From the NCBI RefSeq assembly GCF_963921235.1, contig NC_086108.1, forward strand, positions 71,674,001 through 71,738,000: a DNA stretch of 64,000 nucleotides, read 5' to 3'. Below the pieces are notes generated by a model, which worked only from the letters and a program-made list of their open reading frames with translations, was not told where the DNA came from and ran no database searches. This DNA is from Mobula hypostoma (lineage: Eukaryota). The position numbers and the translations under genes were made by a program. Shown here piece by piece: positions 48,127-61,379 of the stretch (position 1 is the first letter of the stretch; every line of letters begins with the position of its first letter).

Positions 48127-51100
48127 AGAACGTAGAACACAACAGGCCCTTCGTCCCACAATGTTGTGTCAACCATGTAACCTACTAGAGAAGCTGCCAA
48201 GAAATTCCCTACCGCATAGCCCTCTATTTTTCTAAGCTCCATGTACCTATCTAAGAGTCCTTTAAAAGATCCTATTGTATCTCCCTCTACCACTGTTGCT
48301 GGCAGTGCATTACATGCTCCCACCACTCTCTGCGTGAAAAACTTACCTTTGACCTCTCCCCTGTACCTACTGCCAAGCATCATAAAACTACGCTCCTTTA
48401 TGTTAGCCATTTCAGCCCTGGGAAAAAGCCTCTGGCTATCCACACGATCAATACTTTTCATCGTCTTATGTACCTCCATCAGGTCACCTCTCATCCTCTG
48501 TCACTCGAAGGACAAAAGGCTAAGTTCACTCAACCAATTCTCATAAGGCACACTCTCCAATCCAGGCAACATCCTTGTAAATCTCCTTTACCCTCTCTCT
48601 GTTGTATCCACATCCTTCCTGTAGTGAGGTGACCAGAACTGAACACAGCACCCCCAAGAGGGGCCTGACCAAGGTCTAATATAGCTGTAATATTACCTCA
48701 CTGCTCCTGAACTCAATCCCATGGTTGATGAAGGCAAACCCACCATATACCTTCTTAACAACACTGTCAACCTGCACAGCAACTTTGAGTGTCTTATGGA
48801 CATGGACCCCAAGATCTCTCTCATCCTCCACACTGCCAAGAGACTTGCCATCAATATTATTTACTGTCTTCAAATTTGACCTACCGAAGTGAACCACTTC
48901 ACACTTATCTGATTTGAACTCCATGTGCCACTTCTCAGCCCAGTTCTGCATTCTTTTGATGTCTCCAGGCTATCCACAACACCTCCAAGTTTTGTGTCAT
49001 CGGCAAACTTGCTAACCCACCCTTCTACTTCCTCATCCAGGTCATTTATAAAAAATCACAAAGAGGAGGGGTCCCAGAACAGATCCCTGCAGAACACCGC
49101 TGGTCACTAACCTCCATGCAGAATAAGAACCATCTACAGCCACCCTTTGCCTCCTGTGGACAAGCCTATTCTGGATCCACGAAGTAAGGTCTCCTTGGAT
49201 CTCGTGCCTCCTTACTTTCTGAATGAGCCTTGCATGCTGAACCTTATCGAATGCCTTAATGAAATCCATATGCACTACATCCACTGCTCTACCTTCAGCA
49301 ATGTGTTTTGTTACATCCTCAAATAATTCAATCCAGCTTGTAAAGCACAACTTGCCCCGACAAAGCCATGCTGACTATCCCTAATCTGATTATGTCTCTC
49401 CAAATGCTCATAAGTCTTGTCTCTCATGATCTTCTCCAACAACTTACCCACTATTGAAGTAAGACTCACTGGTGTATAATTTCCTGGGTTATCTGTTCAC
49501 CCTTTCTTGAACTGGGGAACAATGTTTGCAACCCTCCAATTATCCGGTACTTCTCCTGTCCCTATTGATGATGCAGCGATGATCGCCAGAGGCTCAGCAA
49601 TCTCCTCCCTCGCTTCCCACAGTAGCCCAGGGTACATCCCGTCTGGACCCGGCGATTTATCTGACTTACCTCCCACAGTAGCCCAGGGTACATCCCGTCT
49701 GGACCCGGCGATTTATCTGACTTACCTCCCTTGCTTCCCACAGTAGCCCAGGGTACATCCCGTCTGGACCCTGCAATTTATCTAACTTAATGCTTTTCTA
49801 AAGCTCCAGCACATCCTCTTTCTTAACGTCTATATACTCAAGCGTTTCAGTTCACTGTAAGTTAACCCCACAAATGCCAAGGTCCTTTTCCCTGGTGAAT
49901 ACTGAAGCAAAGTATTCATTAGGTACCTCCGCTACCTCCTCCTACTCCATGCACACATTTCCACTATTGCAGCTGATTGGTCCTATTCTCATTTGGCTCA
50001 TCCTCTTGCTCTTCACATCCTTGTAGATTGCCTTGGGGTTTACCTTAATCCTGCTTACAAAGGTCTTCTCGTGGCCCCTTCTAGCTCATTCTTGAGCTTC
50101 TTCCTGGCACCCTCGTAATTTTCTAGAACTCTAACATAACCTAGTTTCCTGAACCTTTTGTAAGCTTTTCTTCTTGACTAGATTTTCTACATCCTTTGAA
50201 CACCATGCCTCAGTGGAACATACCTACTTGCATAGTGTTCTGCGTGTTCCCTGATCATTTGCCACATTTCTGCTGTGCATTGCCCTGAGAACATCTGCTC
50301 CCTGTTTATGCTCCCAAGTTTCTGCCTAATAGCATCATATTTACTTCTACCTCAATTAAATGTTTTCCAAAATTGTTGTCTGCTATTCCTTTCCAGCACT
50401 ATGGTAAAGGAGATGGAGTGGTGATCACTACCTCCAAAATGTTATCCCACCAAGAGATCTGACACCTGACCAGCTTCATTTCCCAATACCAGATCAAGTA
50501 CAGCCTCTCCTGTAGTTGGCTTATCTACATATTGCAACAGGAAACCTTCTTGAACACACCTAACAAACTCCACCCCACCCAAACCCTTTACTCTAAAGAG
50601 AAGCCAGTCAATATTGGGAAGTTAAAATCACCCATTAGAACGACCCTATTATTATTGCACCATTCCAGAATCTGCCTCCCTATCTGCTCCTCGATGTCTC
50701 TGTTACTATTGTGGGGAGGTTTATAAAAATCACCCAGTAGAGTTATTGTCCCTTTCCTGTTTCTGACTTCCACCCACACTGACTCAATAGACAATACCTC
50801 CACGACTTCCTCCTTTTCTGCAGCCATACTATCCCTGATTAGCAATGCCATGCACACACCACTTTTGCCTCTCTCCTCATTCTTTTTGAAACATCTAAAA
50901 CCCGGCACACTCAGCAGTCATTCCTGCCCCCGAGACATCCAAGTCCCTGTAATGGCCACAATGTCATAGTTCCACATATTGATCTAAGCTCTGAGTTCAT
51001 CCGCCTTGTTTATGGTACTCCTTGCATTAAAATAGACACACCTCAAACCATCTGGCTGAGTGTGTCTTTGCTCTGCCTATCCACCCTCACAAGCTCTCTA

Positions 51101-52330
51101 CGAGCTGTCACTATGTGTGTGTCAACCGTCCCATCCTCTGCCTCTTTATTTCGGTTCCCACCCCCCTGCAAGTCTAGTTTAAACCCTCCCCAGTAGCATT
51201 AGCCAACCTCCCTCTGAGGATATTGGTTCCATTCCAGTTCAGGTGCAATCTGTCCCGCTTGTACAGGCCATTCCTTCCCCAGAAAAGGTTGCAATGATCA
51301 AAGAACTTGAAACCCTGCTCCCTGCACCATCTCCTCAGCCACTCATTCGTCTGCGCTAATCTTCCTCTTCTGTCCTTCCCTGTGGCACCAGGAGTAAACC
51401 GGAGATTACTACCTTGGTAGTCCTGCTCTTCAGCATCTTTCTGAACCCCCCGAACTTACTGCGCAGGACCTCTACCCCTCTCCTGCCTATGTCATTGGTA
51501 CCACAACATGTACCACAACCTCTGGCTGCTCACCCTCCCCTTCAAGAATATTCTGCACCTGGCCAGAGACATCCTGGACCCTAGCACCCGGGAGGCAACA
51601 TACTATCCTGGCATCACTTTTGCTGTCGCAGAATCTCCTACCTGTCCCCCTAACTATCGAATCCCCTCTGACTATTGCTCCACCTGACTTCACCCTACTC
51701 TTCTGAGGCTCAGAGCCAACTTCAGTGCATTGGTCTGGCTGCGGCTGCCTTGCCCAGACAGGTCACCCCCCCCCCCCAGCAGTAACCAAATGAGTATACC
51801 TGTTGCTGAGGGGAATGACCACAGGGGGACCCTATGCTGACTTCTTTCTGCCTTTACCTCTCTCGGTGTTCACTCATCTACTCCCCTAATTCTGCATTCC
51901 GGGTGTAACCACCTGCTCAAGAGTCTTGTCTATCGATTGCTCTACCTCGCAGATGATCCTTAGTTCATCCAACTCCAGCTCCTTACTGCGGTCTTTCAGG
52001 AGCTGGAGTGGGCTGGACTTACCGCAGGTGTAGTCATCAGGGAGACCATCAGGTTCCAATGAATTCCCACATCCTACAGGAGGAGCCTTCCACAGCCATA
52101 TCTGCCACCCTGCCTGCACTGCAGGCAATCAAGACCAAATCAGCAATAACGAAAGAAAGAGCCTACCCTTCTTACCCGTCCCTTTGGCCTCAGCCTCTAA
52201 GTTCCCACTCTGACTTTAGCCCCCACTCAGATAAAGGCCACTCTGCTAGGCCCTACCTCTTGTTTACGGTTTTAAAAAGGGTCCAATGGTTTAGAGGGTC
52301 CAATGAAGCTTTCACGTGTGGTTCAAGGTA
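48127..52330 (-). mobile_element. Near full-length degraded CR1 LINE
   Basis: ORF1 LPDDYTCGK and GDSIVRG; EN MGDFNFP; RT DFIKAFDKV and QGSVLGPLLF. Confidence 0.92.
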
Positions 52331-52434
52331 AGTCAGGACCAGCCCCTCTAGCACTTCATTGCATGAGATGTGACGGCAATTGGTCTGTAGTCATTAAATT
52401 CAGATGGAGTTTGTATTTTTTCCTGACTCCCTCA

Positions 52435-53360
52435 GGGTACGTCCACACTACACCGGATAATTTTGAAAACGAAGCTTTTTCTCATCGTTTTACCCTCCCG
52501 TCCACACTGAGCCAGCGTTTTCAGCCCCCGAAAACGGAGATTTTCGAAAACACTCTCCAGAGTGAATAAATCTGAAAACGCTTAATATCCGGCGTAGTGT
52601 GTACGGGGTAAACGGAGAGATTTAAAAACGCTGTCATGGCAACACAACAAGAATGCTTTTTTCTGCTTCTGCTTGGTACTGCGCAAGCTGTTATAACATG
52701 CAGTCGGTGTGAACAGCGTGAGAGTTAAATTGTAAAGTCAGCTTTTTTGACTATTTAAAAATGCTGTCATGACGTGCCGGAACAGATGTTCGTTGTTTGA
52801 ACAACGAAGGGAAGAAGTGAATAAGTATACTCAGTTCGCCCTGTTTTCTGTCCTTGCTTGTATGAAGGTGGTTTACCTATTTATGCAAGTACTTCTCTGA
52901 CAATAGATGTGTAACCGCCTAATGTAACATTGTATGGAAATACAAGATAACGCTGATGCAGACGTTTTATACATTTAACAAGGTGCTTTATTAATGCAAC
53001 AGAGTTAGTCAGTTTTTCAATGTTCGTCGTCAGCTGGGTCATACTGTCCGTGAGCTCCCTGTTGGTTGCCTCCATACGCTCCGGTATTTGTTTTTTTTTA
53101 AGTTTTAAATCCTCCTGCGCAACAGCCAAGGGCAATTCCTTTGAAGTTTTTCTACTCTGTAACTGGACAAACTCGCACTAAGTATATCGTTTCCTCTTCG
53201 CTTGTTTTCTGTGTCCTGCGCATGCCCAGTAGGAGGAGATTCGCCCAAATATCCGCCTAATGTGGACGGAGATATTTTGAAAAACGCTTAGTGTGGACGC
53301 CTGTCGTTTTTACTCGAAACCGGCGTTTTCAAAATTATCCGGCGTAGTGTGGACGTAGCC
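52435..53360 (-). mobile_element. Non-autonomous PIF/Harbinger DNA transposon
   Basis: TIRs GG(G/C)TACGTCCACACTAC(A/G)CCGGATAATTTTGAAAACG; 3-bp flanks TCA/TAA; subterminal TIR-like repeats; remnant coiled-coil peptide LAVAQEDLKLKK..MTQLTTNIEKLTNSV. Confidence 0.85.
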
Positions 53361-53363
53361 TAA

Positions 53364-53915
53364 GACTCAGATTGTAAAGATGCTGCAAAATATCAGACAG
53401 CTGGCTTGCACAGGCCTTCAGTACCCTGGGGCCGGTATTGTCTGATCCAGCAGTCTTGCCTTGATGTGGTCTCTCTAGCTGTCTCGTAAGCTGACCTGCA
53501 GTCAGAGTTTGGTGGGGGAGAGTGGTCATCCCCATGGAGGCAGGATACTCCAAAGTTGGGAGGTGGGGGTGGTTTGGAACACAAACACCAGAGGGGAGAG
53601 AGTGGTGGAGGGAGAAGGCTTCAGGGGCAGGGAGTGTGTGTAGTCTGGGCAAGTGGGGGGGAGGGGACAGCAGGCAGTCCCGTGCTGAGCCTGTCGAAAA
53701 ACAAGTTCAATTCATTGACCTTATCCAGACAGCTTTCGATCTTCCTTGCCTTAACCTTGAAGCCAGTGATCTGCTTCATGCCCGACCACACAACCCTTAT
53801 GCTATTCTGCTGGAGCTTGTATTCCAGCCTCCTCTTGTAGGATTCTTTACCCCCTCAGCTTTACCCTCAGTTCACTCTGTACTCGCCTCAATACTTGTCT
53901 ATCCCCAGACCTGAA
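53364..53915 (-). mobile_element. Rex1/Babar fragment (EN-RT linker)
   Basis: GKTAGSDNTGPRVLKACASQLSDILQHLYNLSL. Confidence 0.8.
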
Positions 53916-54529
53916 GGCTTTCTTCTTCTTCAAAGTTCTTTCAAATATGGTTATAATATAAAATGGGTGCAGCGGAATTTCTTCACAGGGTAGTGAATTT
54001 CTGGAATTCTCTGCCCCATAAGATTGTCAATGTGTTTAAAGTGGAAGTAGATAAATATTTGAAGGTTTGAGGAGTTAAAGGGATATGGGGATCAAAAGAG
54101 AAGTTGAGGCCATTACAGATCACCTGTGATCATGTTGAAAGCAGGATGGATGGGCCAGATGGCCGAACATGAACAGAGTGCTGTTGCTGTTAATTTTGGA
54201 TCAGTTACGTCATGAGTAAAGGGAGGTGCAGTCTCTTTACACAGAGTTTGTTTATTATTTGTTGGCAAGCCAGGAGCCAAGCTGTTCCAAGACACTTGGA
54301 ATAAAATCCATATTTACTTTTATCTGAAAGGAACTTGTAGGTTGAAAACAGATATTGGATCATATTTGCAAACAGATAGTTAGAAAAAAAAATCAATCCA
54401 GGAAGCAAAACATTTGATGCTCTCTTTCACAACTGCACCCAGTATTTGCATTGTGAGTTCCAGGTTCGCTAATTAAAGCTGGTTCAGCAGGACAGAATTG
54501 CATGAGATATGTCGATGAGAAATGCCATG

Positions 54530-54652
54530 TTCTGGCTCCTTCCCCTTCCATTTTAGTTCTGATGAAGTGTCTCGGCCCAAAATGTCGACTGTTGATTCCT
54601 TCCCATAGATGCTGCCTTATCTGCGGAGACCCTCCAGCATTTTGTCTGTGTT
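54530..54652 (+). mobile_element. Solo Penelope terminal-repeat fragment with degenerate hammerhead
   Basis: AGTT-CTGATGA-AGTGTCTCGGCCC-AAAAT-GTC-GACT...AGATGCTGCC. Confidence 0.75.
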
Positions 54653-55165
54653 ACTCTTGGACCTATTGGTCTGGTTTCAGTGTGTGAGTCAACTTCTGCT
54701 AAAGTACAATGAAGAAATGAATTCGATGGGTGCATAGTGATTATTTAATAGCTTCCCTTCCAAATTATTTTGTGACATTTGGGAGATAAAATGTGATTAT
54801 TACTGAAGTAGTGTTACTGAAATGTTAAATGAAAGAGGTGTGGGTGAAAGAGAATGTGATCTGGAATCTTAACCCTTTTGGGATAGGAAGTCAGAACTAA
54901 AATAACAGCTTTGTGCTGACTGGGAGAAGAAAAAAGGCAGCAAATGAAATCCAGGGGCTTGCTGTTAATATAACTTATAAAAGCCTGGTTCTGCTAGCAG
55001 GATTGGATATGTGGGTCTTGGACTGAATTCAAACTGGGAAAACATTTTTGCACCGCAGACTATTAGTTTAGGATATGCTTTACCGCAAATGGCGATTGTG
55101 ATAAAGATGACCATATTAATTATAAAAGGAGTATTTGAAAATGTAGAATATGAGAGGATCTAGGT

Positions 55166-55214
55166 CAGGGGTCCCCAATCTTTTTCGCACTGTAGACTGG
55201 TTTAATATTGATAA
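55166..55214 (+). mobile_element. hAT/Charlie (MER1-like) MITE, left part; right part at 58504-58680
   Basis: Terminus CAGGGGTCCCCAA after an ATCTAGGT Charlie-like target; resumes after the Rex1 with ..TATTCTTGCGG..GCGGCCCAGTGGTTGGG. Confidence 0.7.
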
Positions 55215-58200
55215 TTACCTGAGAAACCCTTCTAAACCTCCAATCTGCTACATCTAGCAAGATCAACAACACCCTGGCGAAGCTACTGACCGAGCTGGAG
55301 ACCACCACGCCAGAACTGCTTCTTAAACTCCGGACCACACCTGGACCCGACCAGTGAGGCCCACCACGTTCCCGGAGACCCGCGGTCTGCTACCGTGCCG
55401 GAGCGCTTGGCGACACGGCCCATTCCGACCAGCACCTCTCCGGAGCAGACGACCACACAGAAGAGACGGCGGAGACCTCAAGGTGCCCCAGACGCTTCCC
55501 CGGAGCGACCACTGTAAAGCCCTGTTGGTGGCCATCCAGTTGCCGGAAGTGAGGCCTCCGCTGCCGACTTCGGAAATTGAGCCCAAGGCTCAGCTGGAGC
55601 GGAGGCTTCCGCAACCATGACTCGACTTACGGACTTGTTTCAGCCAGGAGCCTGGCCATCCGGGATTAAGTGCCGGCATTGGGGCCCGTCCCAATTGACA
55701 GCCCGGGCCCCCAGCAGCTGGAAGTGGCAGCGGAGCCTCCCCCGTTACTCGGCCTAACCCGGAGCGTCAGACAACGCGACCCACCGATCGATCCCTGCGG
55801 GATGCGTCCACCTACCTCAAAGAGCTGCCAACAACACACTGCATCAATGGAAACCTGGAAAGATGCACTATTTACCGAGGAAGCGTGGGAAAAGAGCTGG
55901 GCTGCTGGTCAGATTGAAGCTGAGGGGCTTCAGGGTCCCTATGCCCACCATCCTTCTAGCTAATGTGCAAGCCATCGAGAACAAGGTGGATGATCTTAAA
56001 GGGAGACTCACCTACTGCAGGGAGATGCAGAACTGCTGTGTATTCTGTTACACCGAGACCTGGCTTTCCCCTGCCACCCCCGACTGTGCCATCTGACCGG
56101 AGGGATTTTCAATCCATCGAATGGACTGCAAGGCGTCTTCCGGCAAGACGATGGGAGGTAGTGTCTGCCTACTGATCAACACTGGGTGGTGCTCGGACAC
56201 AATGGCACTGACAAGCTCCTGCAGCCCGGAACTGGAACACCTGTCGGTGAAGTGTCGTCTCTACTATCTGCCACGGGAATTCACCTTGGTCATACTGACG
56301 GTGGTCTACGTTCCTCCTAGGCGGACATGGAGTGTGCTCTGAACATACAGTATGCTAACATCTTTGAACTTGAGACCAGGTATCCGGAGGCTTTGCTCAT
56401 TACAGCCGGGACTTTAACCAGGTCAACCCCAGAAAGGCGCTGCCAAAGTTATACCAACATGTCTCCTGCTCCACTAGAGGCCTGAGTATACTTGACCACT
56501 GTTACACAGCAGTCAAGGTTGCCTACCGTTCTGTCCCACAACCTCACTTAGGAAAATCGGACCATCAGGCCGTACTCCTCCTCCCGGCTTACAAACAGAA
56601 TCTGAAGAGGGAGGTCCAGGGATACCAGTCGCTATACGGAATCCAGGCGTGCACTCCGGAAGGGCGCCAAGAGGAAATATCGAGCCAAGTTGGAAGCCCA
56701 GGCTAACCAGAGGGATGCCAGTAGACTATGGCAGGGTCTGAATGAGATCACTGGGCGCAAAGAAAAGGCTGGGAATATCAATAACTGTGGTGCTACTCTT
56801 CCTGACGAACTTAACGTATCCTATGCAAGATTCGAACAGAAGAGGAGTGTCCCGCTCCCTCTGGATGAACCGGACCTGGTGGCATCGAGATTCATCGTCA
56901 CCGAAGAGGACGTTAGAAGGGCCTTCCTGAAGATAAATCCAAGGAAGGCGACGGGCCCAGATGACGTCCCAGGACGGGTTCTCCGGGCCTGTGCAAGTGA
57001 GCTAGCTGGAGTGTTTGCTGACATCTTCAACTGCTCCTTGCTTCAGTCTAAGATCCCCTCATGTTTTAAGAAGGTAACGATAATCCCAGCACCGAAGAAG
57101 AGCAAGGTGGCATGCCTGAATGACTATCGACCTGTGGCTCTGACATCAATTGCTATGAAGTGCTTCAAGAGATTGGTTATGGCACACATCAACCACAGCC
57201 TACCGGTCAACCTCGATGCTTTGCAATTCGCCTACCGGAGCAACAGGTCAATGGCAGATGCCATCTCTCTGGCCCTACATTCCTCCTTAGAACACCTGGA
57301 GAATAAAGACACATACGTAAGGCTCCTTTTCATTGACTACAGCTCTGCCTTTAATACCATCATTCCAAATAAACTGATTCCTAAGCTCCGGAACCTGGGC
57401 CTTAGCACTCAGATCTGCAGCTGGATCTTCAACTTCCTCACAGACAGGATCCAGGCTGTAAAAATAGGGGACAAGCTCTCCTCTACAATCACTCTGAGCA
57501 CCGGTGCCCCACAAGGCTGTGTACTCAGCCCCCTGCTGTACTCACTGTATCCCCATGATTGTGTAGCCAAGTTTCCATCAAACTCAATATACAAGTTTGC
57601 TGATGACACAATCAATTGTAGGCTGTATCTCGGGTAATGATGAGTTTGTGTACAGAGAGGAAATTAAGAACCAGGTGGCATGGTGCAAAGACAATAACCT
57701 ATCCCTCAACGTCAGCAAGGTGAAGGAATTGGTTGTTGACTTCAGAAGGAGTAGCGGACCGCATGACCCCATTTACATTGGTGGTACACAAGTGGAACAG
57801 GTCAAAAGCTTTAAGTTCCTCGGGGTCAATATCACAAATGACCTGACTTGGTCCAACCAAGCAGAGTTCACTGCCAAGAAGGCCCACCAGCGTCTTTACT
57901 TCCTGAGAAAACTAAAGAAATTTGGCCTGTCCCCTAAAACCCTCACTAATTTTTATAGATGCACCATAGAAAGCATTCTTCTAGGGTGCATCACAACCTA
58001 GTATGGAAGTTGTCCTGTCCAAGACCGAAAGAAGCTGCAGAAGATCGTGAACACGGTGCAGCACATCACACAAACCAATCTTCCGTCCTTGGACTCACTT
58101 TACACCGCACGCTGTCGGAGCAGTGCTGCCAGGATAATCAAGGACACGACCAACCCAGCCAACACACTTTTCGTCCCTTTTCCATCCGGGAGAAGGCTCA

Positions 58201-58503
58201 GGAGCTTGAAGACTCGTACGGCCTGATTTGGGAACAGCTTCTTTCCAACCATGATAAGACTGCTGAACGGATCTTAACCCATATCTGGGCCGTACCCTCC
58301 AAATATCCGGACCTGCCTCTTGTTTTTTTTACGCTACCTTACTTTTCATTTTTCTAATTTCTATTTATGATTTATAATTTAAATTTTTAATATTTAATAT
58401 TTAATATTTGTAATTGAGGGAGCCGGAAGCACAGCATCAAATATCGCTGTGATGATTGTATGTTCTAGTATCAATTGTTTGGCGACTATAAAGTAAGTAA
58501 AGT
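55215..58503 (+). mobile_element. Long Rex1/Babar LINE (5' region, EN, internal deletion near 56620, RT, tail)
   Basis: PTILLANVQAIENKVDDL, FCYTETWL, YLPREF..VYVPP; 315-aa ORF with DYRPVALTS, FIDYSSAFNT, PQGCVLSPLL, KFADDT; (TAAAG)n-like tail. Confidence 0.95.
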
Positions 58504-58680
58504 ATATTCTTGCGGATTGGACGACGGGGGGGGTGGTGCTCAAGTTCAATAGTGCGTGACAGGGAATGAGGAAAGGTGCAGCTGACTCATATCATTTCAT
58601 ATCGCCAAATCATATCATTTCCCGGCAGCCCAGTAGCACATCTTTGCGGCCTTGTACCGGTCTGCGGCCCAGTGGTTGGG
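58504..58680 (+). mobile_element. hAT/Charlie MITE right part, terminus truncated
   Basis: Ends GTACCGGTCTGCGGCCCAGTGGTTGGG, partly complementary to the left terminus. Confidence 0.65.
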
Positions 58681-58689
58681 TGGCCTCAC

Positions 58690-59400
58690 TCTTGTTCTGG
58701 GAATTAAAATGTCTGGCCTCCGGGAAGTCCTGCTTTTGGCGGATGGTGCAGAGGTGCTCGATGCAGTTGTTCCCCAGTTTACAATTGGTCTCACCAATGT
58801 CCAGGAGGCCACATTGGGAGCACCAAACACAATAGACAACTCCAGTAGATTGGCAGGTGAAGTGTTGCCTCACTTGGAAGGACTGTTTGGGGCCTGAATG
58901 GAAGTGAGGAAGGAGGTGTATGGGCAGGTGTAGCACTTAGGCTGCTTGCCTGGAGTGGGATTAGTGGGGAGGGACAAATGGACAAGAGAATCATGGAGGG
59001 AGCAATCTCTGTGGAAAGTGGAGGGGTCTGGAGGTAAAGATATGTTTAATGGTTGGATCACTTTAGAAATGGCAGAAGTTGCAGACGATAATGTGTTGGA
59101 TGCAGAAGCTGATGGGATGATAGGTAAGGTCAAGAGGGATGGGAAGATGGGGTGAGCGTGGATGTGCGGGAAATGGAGGAGTTGGAACAGATGCAGTGGA
59201 GGTGAAGAAACTGAGAAAAAGGAATAGCATTTTTGCAGAAGATAAAAGTGGGGACAAGTATAGTTGAGAAAACTGTGGGAATCAATAGGTTTATAAAAGA
59301 TGCCGGTTGATAGTTTGTGTCCAGAGATGGAGAAGAAGAGATCGAGAAAGGGGAGGGAGGTGTCAGAGATGGTCCAAGTGAATTTAAGGGCATGAAGCAA
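58690..59400 (-). mobile_element. Degraded Penelope-like element (RT C-terminus plus GIY-YIG)
   Basis: LKFTWTISDTSLPFLDL..YKPIDSH; GVVYCVWCSQCGLLDIGET. Confidence 0.88.
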
Positions 59401-59529
59401 CACCAATTCAGTCAAACATTTAAATTTACTTCCTGATTGAATGGCCTTTGATCAGCACATTCCTGGAAATACATTTACAACTTAACTGGACCATGTAGTA
59501 AGTTATGTGGATTAGAAAGTGTTTTGCTC

Positions 59530-59765
59530 ATCCCAGCATACGAAGACTGCTTCGGTGGATCAGGCGGAGGAAACCCTGGGGGGTCAACGGCTGAGAAGGC
59601 GTTGCAGCAGCGAATTGTGGAGTGCGTAGGGCGCGGCAGAGCACTTAAGAAGATGCAGCCAAGGAAGTTGCCAGACGTAACGATTCTTCGTGCCACTGGA
59701 TCCTGACTTCTGAGGCTGAGAGAGAGGGATCGTCTCTGTGCAAGGCTTCTCCACTTTAATATCTT
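59530..59765 (+). mobile_element. Fragment related to the 44922-45452 element
   Basis: Shared blocks ATCCCAGCAT..GAAGAC, CAACGG..AGAAGG and TGCCACTGGATCC. Confidence 0.55.
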
Positions 59766-59794
59766 TCATGCACTGGTTACATTGTGCAGCAAAC

Positions 59795-59890
59795 GGTCGG
59801 CTGGTGGCACAGTGAGATCAGCGCCGGGCTCGAGAACGGAGGTTCCCGAGTTTGATCCAGTGACAGGCTTCCCCCGATATAGCGTCTTCA
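59795..59890 (+). mobile_element. tRNA-derived SINE head, related to 800-1091
   Basis: GGCTGGTGGCACAGTGAGATCAGCGCC..GGTTCCCGAGTTTGATCC. Confidence 0.6.
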
Positions 59891-60099
59891 CTGTTGCCAA
59901 AGTGATTAAGTAATAAATGAATAAAGCAGTGAGTTTCTGTGTGGTAGTAAGATCAGAAGGTGATGAGGTTACAGCCATGCAGTGGGCTCAATGATGCAAA
60001 GTTTATTGACTACCTTGCCACAATGCCAACTCCAGTATAATTTTATAACACTGGAAATGATACTATTTTGGCACAGATCACTTAATTGTTACTTAAGAT

Positions 60100-61184
60100 C
60101 ACTGAAGCTGACAGCGATGCAGGTGGATGCTTTCCTGGTGTCATGGATTCTTGATTACCTGACTGGCAGACCACAGTACGTGTGCTTGCAACACTGTGTG
60201 TCCGACAGAGTGATCAGCAGCACTGGGACTCCACAGGGGACTGTCTTGTCTCCCTTTCTCTTCACCATTTACACCTCGGACTTCAACTACTGCGCAGAGT
60301 CTTGTCATCTTCAGAAGTTTTCGGATGACTCTGCCATAGTTGGATGCATCAGCAAGGGAGATGAGGCTGAGTACAGGGCTACGGTAGGAAACTTTGTCAC
60401 ATGGTGTGAGCAGAATTATCTGCAGCTTAATGTGAAAAAGACTAAGGAGCTGGTGGTAGACCTGAGGAGAGCTAAGGTACCGGCGACCCCTGTTTCCATC
60501 CAGGGGGTCAGTGTGGACATGGTGGAGGATTACAAATACCTGGGGATACGAATTGACAATAAACTGGACTGGTCAAAGAACACTGAGGCTGTCTACAAGA
60601 AGGGTCAGAGCCGTCTCTATTTCCTGAGGAGACTGAGGTCCTTTAACATCTGTCGGACGAAGCTGAGGATGTTCTACGAGTCTGTGGTGGCCAGTGCTAT
60701 CATGTTTGCTGTTGTGTGCTGGGGCAGCAGGCTGAGGGTAGCAGACACCAACAGAATCAGCAAACACATTCGTAAGGCCAGTGATGTTGTGGGGATGGAA
60801 CTGGACTCTCTGACGATGGTGTCTGAAAAGAGGATGCTGTCCAAGTTGCATGCCATCTTGGAAAACGTCTCCCATCCACTACATAATGTACTGGTTGGGC
60901 ACAGGAGTACATTCAGCCAGAGACTCATTCTACCGAGATGCAACACAGAGCGTCATAGGAAGTCACTCCTGCCTGTGGCCATCAAACTTTACAACTCCTC
61001 TCTTGGAGGGTCAGACACCCTGAACCAATAGGCTAGTCCTGGACTTATTTCCTGGCATAATTTACATATTACTATTTAACTATTTACGGTTTTATTAGTA
61101 ATTAATTATTTATGGTGCAACTGTAATGAAAACCAATTTCCCCCGGGATCAATAAAGTATGGCTATGACTATGAGTATGACTAT
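60100..61184 (+). mobile_element. 5'-truncated Rex1/Babar LINE with ~310 uninterrupted RT/C-terminal codons
   Basis: SWILDYLTGRPQYV..PQGTVLSPFLF..KFSDDS..YKYLG; AATAAA followed by a (TATGAC)n tail. Confidence 0.93.
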
Positions 61185-61379
61185 TGTTAACAAGAAAAAC
61201 ATCACACAAATGATTTGACTAAAGCTGGACGTCTGGACTCTACAAGTCTTTACAATTTCCTGACAGCTCTAAATGAGGGTGTATAAAATTAAATGCTAGG
61301 GATACTGATTTGGGAAGAACATTTTTAAAGAGGAAATAGATTACTTTCATTCAAGCTGGTTTTGTATTATTGGAACATA

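Noticed and set aside
59982..61031. 349-aa ORF as a host gene
   Set aside because: It is a 5'-truncated Rex1 RT read through from flanking sequence by chance.
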